Position numbers and translations under genes: made by a program
Assembly: GCA_000934665.2 (NCBI GenBank)
Contig: JYFJ02003333.1
Span: forward strand, 1 to 43,326
Direction of reading: 5' to 3'
Length of the DNA: 43,326 nucleotides
Origin: Catajapyx aquilonaris
Taxonomy: Eukaryota
The notes under the pieces: model-generated
The model's database searches: none
What the model saw: the letters and a program-made list of their open reading frames with translations, nothing else
What the model was told of the DNA's origin: nothing
Shown here: positions 35,701 through 43,326 of the stretch, piece after piece
Layout: the number at the start of each line of letters is the position of its first letter
How positions within the stretch are numbered: the first letter of the stretch is position 1

Positions 35701-38700
35701 AATTAAATTACGCCATCTTCAGTTACTTTCTTTGCAGTACATTGTCACATTCTATCCCTCTTAGTTTTCATACGATATAATCCAATCAGTGAAACCGGCA
35801 TGTAACTGGTTCACTCCCTTCCGCCCGCAAAAACGTTCCGCTGGAATGCCACAAATATTTGGCCTATTACAGGCTGCACAAAAATCTATAAGGAATAGAA
35901 CACACCATAAAATCCCACAGACGAATATATCAGTTGTGTGGTTTGCGAACAGAGTAGGACGCAGTGCAGTTTGAATTTCATGTATAGTCCAGCACTAACA
36001 GTGACGCCAGTTGTGTAACATAAATTATGTACATACAGAAATTCAAAATGCTTATAGTCTGAGATATTGCTTTATTGGAATTGAAAATGTCATGAATACA
36101 GTGTGGTGGGTACAAAAGTGGGGGTTTCAGACGCAATATAAAAATCGTACTTAAAATGAAACAAACATTGCAGTTTCCTTGATGGCCGTACCGCACGTGC
36201 AAGAGTGAACTATCCCTTTCATGAAAATCGGATAGTGTGAAGTGCAGGTGTATGCTCGGTGCAAAATGGGCTAGTGTAATGCAATCATACTCAAAATACT
36301 ATTATAACAGACAGCACGTAACTAAATCAGTCGTTCCATTGTAATTTAGCAGCATAATAATGTTCCATCTGATTTATGGCAATTTCATCTAACAACACAT
36401 TCAAACAAACATATCTTTCTGCCATTGAGATTCATTGTGACAGTCAGGTCACAAAAACAATGGAAGGGCCATATAAGTTCATATCGACTATTTAACAGCA
36501 ACAATGCCATTCAGCAGTCACTAAACACAAGCAACATAATGAAGATTTCAGCCGTTTTTGAGCAGCATAAAATTCAAAGGCCGCTGAACTACGTGTCGAA
36601 CAGTTGGCCTGAAAATTTACCGCCCCATTCATCACCCCTTACCCAAACATTATCCGCAAATTATTCTTTCCTCGTACCAGCCCGCAACGCCTGCAATTAA
36701 ACCCTTTCCCGCAGTGAGAACCGCCACATAAAATTATTTTTGCAGTCCCAATAGTGGCTATGAACTGGCGATTCTCCATGCTTTTGCACTTGATGAACAT
36801 CGCCCAAAACGATCGTCGTCAAACCCGACCTAGCTTTAAAACGGGGTGAGCCAGAACGTGTGTAAAAAAGAATGAAGTGTGGGTGTAAACCCGGGAAAGA
36901 TAACAGCAGGAAATAATTAGGCCGGTAAAAGGTGTGTTTATCCTGCAAGATCAACCGCCTCATAAGCTTCCGCGGAGTTGGTTTAACAAACACCACTCTG
37001 TTTTCATTGGCTCTTGGGCATATAGTCTGAGGTCGGTGCGGTCTAAGCGCTAAAAACGTGAACGGACGATAAGAGAAGTCGAGTAGTGACAAGAGTGGTC
37101 GGCCTTTCCAGTCACTGATAATGTCACTGTACCTTACATAACGCTGATACCACAAAACATGCTGCTCAAAACTGTCCGCGATACACGAAGGCCATTATCT
37201 CCGACGCCCACCGTCGACGTGATTAACGATAACGATGGCGACACATATTGGCATGTACGTTGTCAATTATTATAAACTCTCTTAAAATTAGCCAGGTCAG
37301 GGTGTAGCAAAAATAATATATTTTTTTTCTTGCCGAATCCTGACCTATTTTGGCTCCAAGGCCAAGAAAAACCACTTGATCTCAATCCGCCAGCACATAA
37401 TAATGTTATCTCCACTCCCTAATAACCATTTTACCAGTTACGACAAGTTTCATCCAATTCCGTCGAGATTAATGCTAGGAAAAATTGACAAGTCGCCTTC
37501 CAAAGAATCAATCATTCCTCCCACAAATCGCTTTGCCCTGATCATCAATCATGCTCGACTCCGCACAGCCTTTTACCGGAGTGAAGTCATACCGCAAAAG
37601 ATACATCATTTACATAGCAAACGCCCGTACACAAATCAATCAGCATTTTTTCCTCCCAATTTTTTCCCCTCATTTGAATTGACAAAAAGGGGGCGGCCCG
37701 CAGACGTAAACCAAATTACAGTCAGCAAAATTCTTTTCAAACCTAAAGGGAATCAATCTCCCCCGCAGGACAGGAGCGCCCCCGTAATCGGATTATTTCC
37801 CACACCGAAATCAAACCCAAATTGAGTCACCTGAGCGTCTGCATGAATTACCAGCCCAACAGGGTGAAAAGGAAGGGTGTGCGCCCCCTAAGGATCTTCA
37901 TTCCCACCACCCCCGCCCTCAGGATGATGTAAAGGCCAGTAGACGCTGGCCAAATCGGGGTAAATGGCGGGATTTCAATCGGACGATTTGGACAAATGCT
38001 CGGCGTAAATTAGATGGACGCTGACTTTCCTAACTCTATCAAACACATGTGTGTGCGATAGTTCCCCATACTCGCACCTATCAAAAATTAACGATTCTGC
38101 TTATGATGCTGGTGGTACTGATTAAGTTTCGTCCCTAATGTTTTTCTACCCAGTACTATGGAACTATCTCTATTATGTGGGCAGTAATGAACAGGCAGGG
38201 CTGATGATGAAGGGTTGACAATGATCGGCTCAGATTGCAGGTGTATCTTTTCAAGCACTGCTTGCGTTAAATAAATAAATAAATTCTGGTTGCAATTAAG
38301 CGTGATTGGCGGTTGCGTTAAAATCCGAGCATTTTTATCCACTGTGTGAAGTGCTGCGTATGTTCATCACTAAAGCAGGTGCAAAACCGTGATTGAACAG
38401 GGGCATTTTACATTCTCTTTGCCCTTGACAATGTTAAGGGCTATGAATTACTACAGTGCAATGTGGGGAGCTAAATAGTGTTTATCTTTCCCGTGTATAG
38501 TTTTTTTTTCCAATTCTGTTACACGTGTAATGATGCTGTAAAACGTGGTGCCAATATTTGTGGAGTATTTTACCTGCGTAATACGTTTGGAATTCCTGGT
38601 GTTTACGAGGGGATGTGCTTCATAATTATGTACTAGTTTTAATAATTCAACGTTCGTAATTGCTTATAGGCCCACAGGATTAATCAGAACAGATGCCATC

Positions 38701-38981
38701 CAGCCGCCAGTGGCTAGATTAGTCCAAAATGTTGGGGGATGAGAAACATCCAGATACTTATAGACCTATATCTGTAACGACGTAGACGACGGCGAACGTT
38801 TGTGTTGCCCCTAGACAATCACGGTCACCCGCATAACACCTTATTCTGGAACATATGGGCAGAAAAGTCATGCTGACTTTTGTAGTGTCTCAACATTGCT
38901 CACTCACTACCTTTTTTAAAGTTGTTTGGGGTTTATTTATATGTAGGCGTTGACGACTGTGACACCTCCAGTGCTCATTCA

Positions 38982-39081
38982 CATGTACTATGGGCGCCAA
39001 AAGAATTGACCGGAGTTGATGGGTATATGGCGCTATATACCCATCAACTCCGGTCAATTCTTTTGGTGCCCATAGTACGTG
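38982..39081. repeat. 100-bp spacerless palindrome (probably a collapsed MITE)
   Basis: Arms 38982-39031 and 39032-39081 are reverse complements at 47 of 50 positions. TA-CTATGGG...CCCATAG-TA lies near the ends. Confidence 0.9.
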
Positions 39082-40434
39082 CTACATCTACCAAATTATC
39101 ACGGTATAAAAAATTGAACCCCTTCCACTCAATAAAAGTAATGAAACTGCAGCAGGCTCCACCATCAAGCTACAGTAAACGTGACACTCGCGGAAATGAA
39201 AAACCGTGCGATATGTTACATCTAAAAGCCAAGAGCAGATATGAACCTTCTTCACTAAAGCCTGCCTTAAATCAAAACTCGGTGTATAAGACTACTGCTC
39301 ACGACTTGCTTTTGTATCCGATATACGTACATGACCTTCCCATCAACACACATGTTCATCGCAGGTGCGTTAAATTTACACGCGGATGCATATGGCAATA
39401 CATGGTCGCTGGAGTTGGTTCTCATTATCTACTTCAATTAAAAGTTCAGCGGTCAATAGTTTGTGACTTGTCACATGCATAAATCAATCATTCGTGAATA
39501 AATTCATGGTGTCACCATAAGAATTTGGTGTAGTGTCACAATACTAATCGTACTTGATAATGACACAGATATTATAAGAAGAAGCCTGTAAAATATCTAA
39601 TTTCTACAAGAGTGTGCAGCATTTCATAAAAACATTAGCCAAATGCATTTTATTCCAAGTACCTTCGCTCAAAAATACTTGCCTTAATAAGTCTCATTGT
39701 GCAGGATCAGCTGTAGCAAGAGATAAAAGGGAGTTTTAGAGCAGTTATAGGAGCAATCAAGACGTGAAAAGGGTACTGCCTCCTCACTATTGCATTGGTA
39801 GTCTGCGTTAAATTGACATCAAAAGTTCCCCATCTAGATCCTTTCCCTTCCCATCTCCTACTTCAGAAGACCTACCTCCCGCTCACGCCTTAGGATACAC
39901 GAAACTTCCTGGCCTCTGCCTCACCAGTCCATTACGCTGAATTATTATGTTCTTTCATCACTTTCACATTAAACTGCTGCTATGAAGCTGATCTCAAATA
40001 TCATTAAAGGTTACTTTTAAAGACTCACATAATCCCCATTTAAGGTTTGCAATATCCGCAACAGCACATGCCACAGAGTATACTCTGTTGGTCGCAAGCA
40101 TTTTATAAAATTCATTGCACTTCTGTGATTAATGACGTTTTGAAATTAGCAGGTTTAGTTTTTCAGATTATTTTGCACTGAGTTAGCCTACCACTCTCAC
40201 ACATGCACACAATATGAGACTTAAATCTCTATGAAACTTGAAGTAATTAAATGATTTTCTTCTCATATCCTGTATGGCCTCCCCCCATATTCCTGGCAAC
40301 CAAAGACCCAACTAACTCTCTCCACACCTGTTATGAGTCCCGCATCATTCTCCTCCTGACATGTAGTATATTCTAAAACTCAATAAATGTAATACTGCAA
40401 CACTTTAAGCTATAAGCAACAGCACTACTTAAGA

Positions 40435-40733
40435 CAGGGGTGGGCAAAGTGTGGTCCCCATCTACCAAAGAGTGAAGTCTACAAAGTTAATGTGATTGAT
40501 GTTTAATTTATCAAATAAAACACGTCATAAGGCTTGTGTGGGACTTCAAACAGTTCCACTTTTCACATTAAATGCGGTAAGTGAACTCACCTTTATGTAT
40601 GCATTTTTCATCCATGTTTCACTAGGTTTGTTGTGTAGTCACTACCTTGCTGTGGCTTTTAGTTGCTACCGGCCCGCCCCATGATTTATAATTTTCAGAC
40701 CGTCACACAAAAAGAAAACTTAGCCCTCCCCTG
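40435..40733. mobile_element. 299-bp non-autonomous hAT (Buster/Charlie-like) element
   Basis: Perfect 8-bp TSD ACTTAAGA (40427-40434 and 40734-40741) with central TA. 16-bp TIRs CAGGGGTGGGCAAAGT / ACTTAGCCCTCCCCTG match at 14 of 16. Subterminal CGGCCCGCC motif near 40670. Confidence 0.88.
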
Positions 40734-42423
40734 ACTTAAGAACTGTCATTCATATGGCAAGTATCAAAGAATGATGAAGTAACACATTAACTTAACATTC
40801 AATAACATTAATCACTTGACACATGCTCAGATATTACTGTATTCCAGTGTTTCAAACTATAGCGTTTTCCACAAAAATCAGCATAGCCACATGATGGCAG
40901 ATCTTTCAGCTGCTATTGCCCACAAATACCATGATGATCAAAGCCCTTTTCTAATGATGGCACCAGATTTAAGCCTACACTAAGCACCAACTTGCCAAAA
41001 TTTGGCCAAAAAATTAGGCAAAATTGCCAAAGTGGAGAAGAAGAGAGAGACGCAGACCAGGCAGCGACATCCGACGGCGAAGTTCCAAAGTAAGACTGTG
41101 CGGAGGTAGCGCTCGTGGCCGGAACGGCATTTATGGGAACTCCGGAGTGGTTGGTTTTTTTAGGTGGTCAGGGTTTTTTGCGTTTTATAAATTCCCTGGA
41201 CACTATTTCCAAAAAACCAAAGTTTATTGCAAATATAGGACACTTGGGCTAAATTTTGAAATCACTTCCAATGCTGCAGGCCGTTACACAGCGAGAGGAA
41301 TCGCCATCACAGTAGGGTATTAATAATATAAATAAGCACATGCCATGCAACGCTGGCAAGGCTGTTGTTGATCCCTCCATAGGCATGCTCCTTTCCACAG
41401 CTGCTACGGCTCAGTTTCAAAAGCCTAGGTGGATACCGTGGTGAAACTATTACTACCACCGCTAGGCTCTTGCCTGACAAAATTTCCAGACAAGATGAAC
41501 CATGTAAAGGTCACTCATTGCAAGGTCAGAATTTTGTCTGAGTTTGAAACAAAACAAATATGGGCAAAGTACACTCTTACGGGAAAATGCAGTTTTTGAT
41601 TTAAGAATGTCTTCCTTCAGGTTGAGCAACCTCTGATGCTCCTTTGGCATGGAATGACCCAGTTGTTTTTGGATAAAACAGTGACCTCATACAACACTAT
41701 GTTAATCTCTTTAAGATGGTGTTCCAACCTAAATTATGTGTTTTAGCTAGCAATTTTTCCGCACTAAGCTGCTAATTTCTAAGCAGTTGCTTTGGCCCAA
41801 CCAGCCCTAAACCTCTGCTATAGGTCTGCTTCTGCAAGTCAGATTTCTCACAGAAGCTTTCTCATGGGTTACCATGGATGGTTCCTAGTTGCTGACAGCA
41901 GAACTAACCGTAAGGCAAAAAACTGGGGTTTTGCTTGACAATTAACTTATTAACAATGGTAACTCCAGGGTTACAAATGAAACCTGTGATGGTGTAACCC
42001 AGTCTAAGATACCACAGCAATGCGCAAACTTCTATTGTAATCTTGGAAAGATAGGCCATGCAACAATCAATCTTGTGTAACGGTTCTGTCGGTTAGTTGA
42101 ATTCAAACATATGGCCGACTTTTTCTTGCTATATTATGACAATGCGAGTAAGCTAGGTAATCGGTGGGACACCTGTGTCACTTGGTCCACTAAGATTTTT
42201 GGTGAAAATGGTCCTTGACAGTGACTGCTGTCTTTAAAGGTGAGTGCCAGAATTACAAACCTGGCATACCGCTGAGAATATTGGGGTTAAAATGCTGTGA
42301 ATTAGCAATCTTTTCAATAATCAAATTGTCAGAGAAGACACCCCAGACCTAAAATGAGTTTTATTTTACCTTTTATGCCATTGTAGGCGATGCCCAATTT
42401 TTAAAGTGACATATTGTTCACTA

Positions 42424-42514
42424 AAACTGACATTTAATGAACTTGACATGTTACCCAAGCTGTTACATGATCCAATAAGTATTGTGCAATCAAGTAATCA
42501 TTAAATGTCAGTTT
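42424..42514. repeat. 17-bp perfect inverted repeat pair with 57-bp spacer
   Basis: aaactgacatttaatga (42424-42440) pairs with tcattaaatgtcagttt (42498-42514), extended inward by acttga/tcaagt. No clear TSD. Confidence 0.65.
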
Positions 42515-43326
42515 AGGTATACAATATATGACTGAGAAGATTCACCGTCCTATACCTTTGCCAAATTTAAAGCCCAGCCCTTTGCATTCCAAAGGGCCCC
42601 AAAGGGCAACCCGACGTGCGCCCACTCACCCAGCCTGCGATGCCTTGAGCAGTCAGCCCCAGGGGCGGCCCCTAGGTGCTCTCCTTCCGGGAACGACCGT
42701 TGGCCAGGGCGCCAGGCGACAGGTCGCGTGGATGGATAACAAAACCGGTATCGACACTTCACTACTGAGGCGGACAGTGGTTCCAGGCATGGTTCCAGGT
42801 GGCGAGCAGGGTTACCAGCTGTGATGGAGCGATACCATCCTTTAGCAGCGCTACATTCAAACCTTTGAAAGATTGCAGCTTATTATCAGAGCGTGCAGAC
42901 CTTAGACCATATATACCAGTAGACGCTCCCCTCCCGTTTACGAGCAAGCCCAGAAGTGAAACCCCCCACTCTGAGGGGGGATCACGTGACTTAGGGCAAA
43001 AGGGAGGCGGGAAGGCGAAATTAACATGGCGCCTTATGGGGATTCCGACTATCTTTGCGCCGTCACTGTCAGGCGCCCATTGGGACTAAAAATATGCAAT
43101 GGGTACCAAATGATAGCTCCACTCGTGCCCCGTCTCATGCCGTACATCTCCATCCGAGAGGTTGAGCGGGGAAGGACATAAAAAATCCTACACTTTGTCA
43201 TTGTTTCTCGCCGGAAGTGCAGTTTGTGCCACTACATCACTCAAACAACCACATTAAAATGATCCAAATTTTAATATGTTGTACAGACAATCTTCCTCTG
43301 CATATTTCACCAACTCGGGGTCGATT

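Noticed and set aside
38922..39482. 186-aa plus-strand ORF
   Set aside because: Starts at TTG, runs through the palindrome, and shows no recognisable domain or splice context.

Overview
Eukaryotic (arthropod, probably hexapod/pancrustacean) genomic window with short GT-AG introns. I assembled four genes by hand from splice sites and reading phase. (1) LRRC34-like leucine-rich-repeat gene, minus strand, 7 coding exons, 699-3060. (2) DNA ligase III with PARP-type zinc finger, KYDGER catalytic core and C-terminal BRCT, minus strand, 20 coding exons, 4677-9040. (3) Zucchini/MitoPLD (PLD6) gene with an intronless CDS, minus strand, 17439-18110. (4) Orcokinin neuropeptide precursor, plus strand, 5 coding exons, 19674-29545, lying head-to-head with zucchini. 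One reading frame of the orcokinin gene joins six orcokinin-B-type xLDS(L/I)GGGNLL peptides, two DSLSGxTFG peptides and three orcokinin-A NFDEIDR peptides. Non-autonomous DNA transposons with target-site duplications are visible: a Harbinger-like MITE in an LRRC34 intron, a 528-bp Tc1/mariner-type fold-back MITE probably inside the zucchini 3' UTR, and a hAT MITE at 40435-40733. There are also several unexplained hairpins. I found no recognisable coding sequence in 9.3-16.8 kb or 29.8-43.3 kb. No databases were searched, so every novelty statement is a hypothesis.
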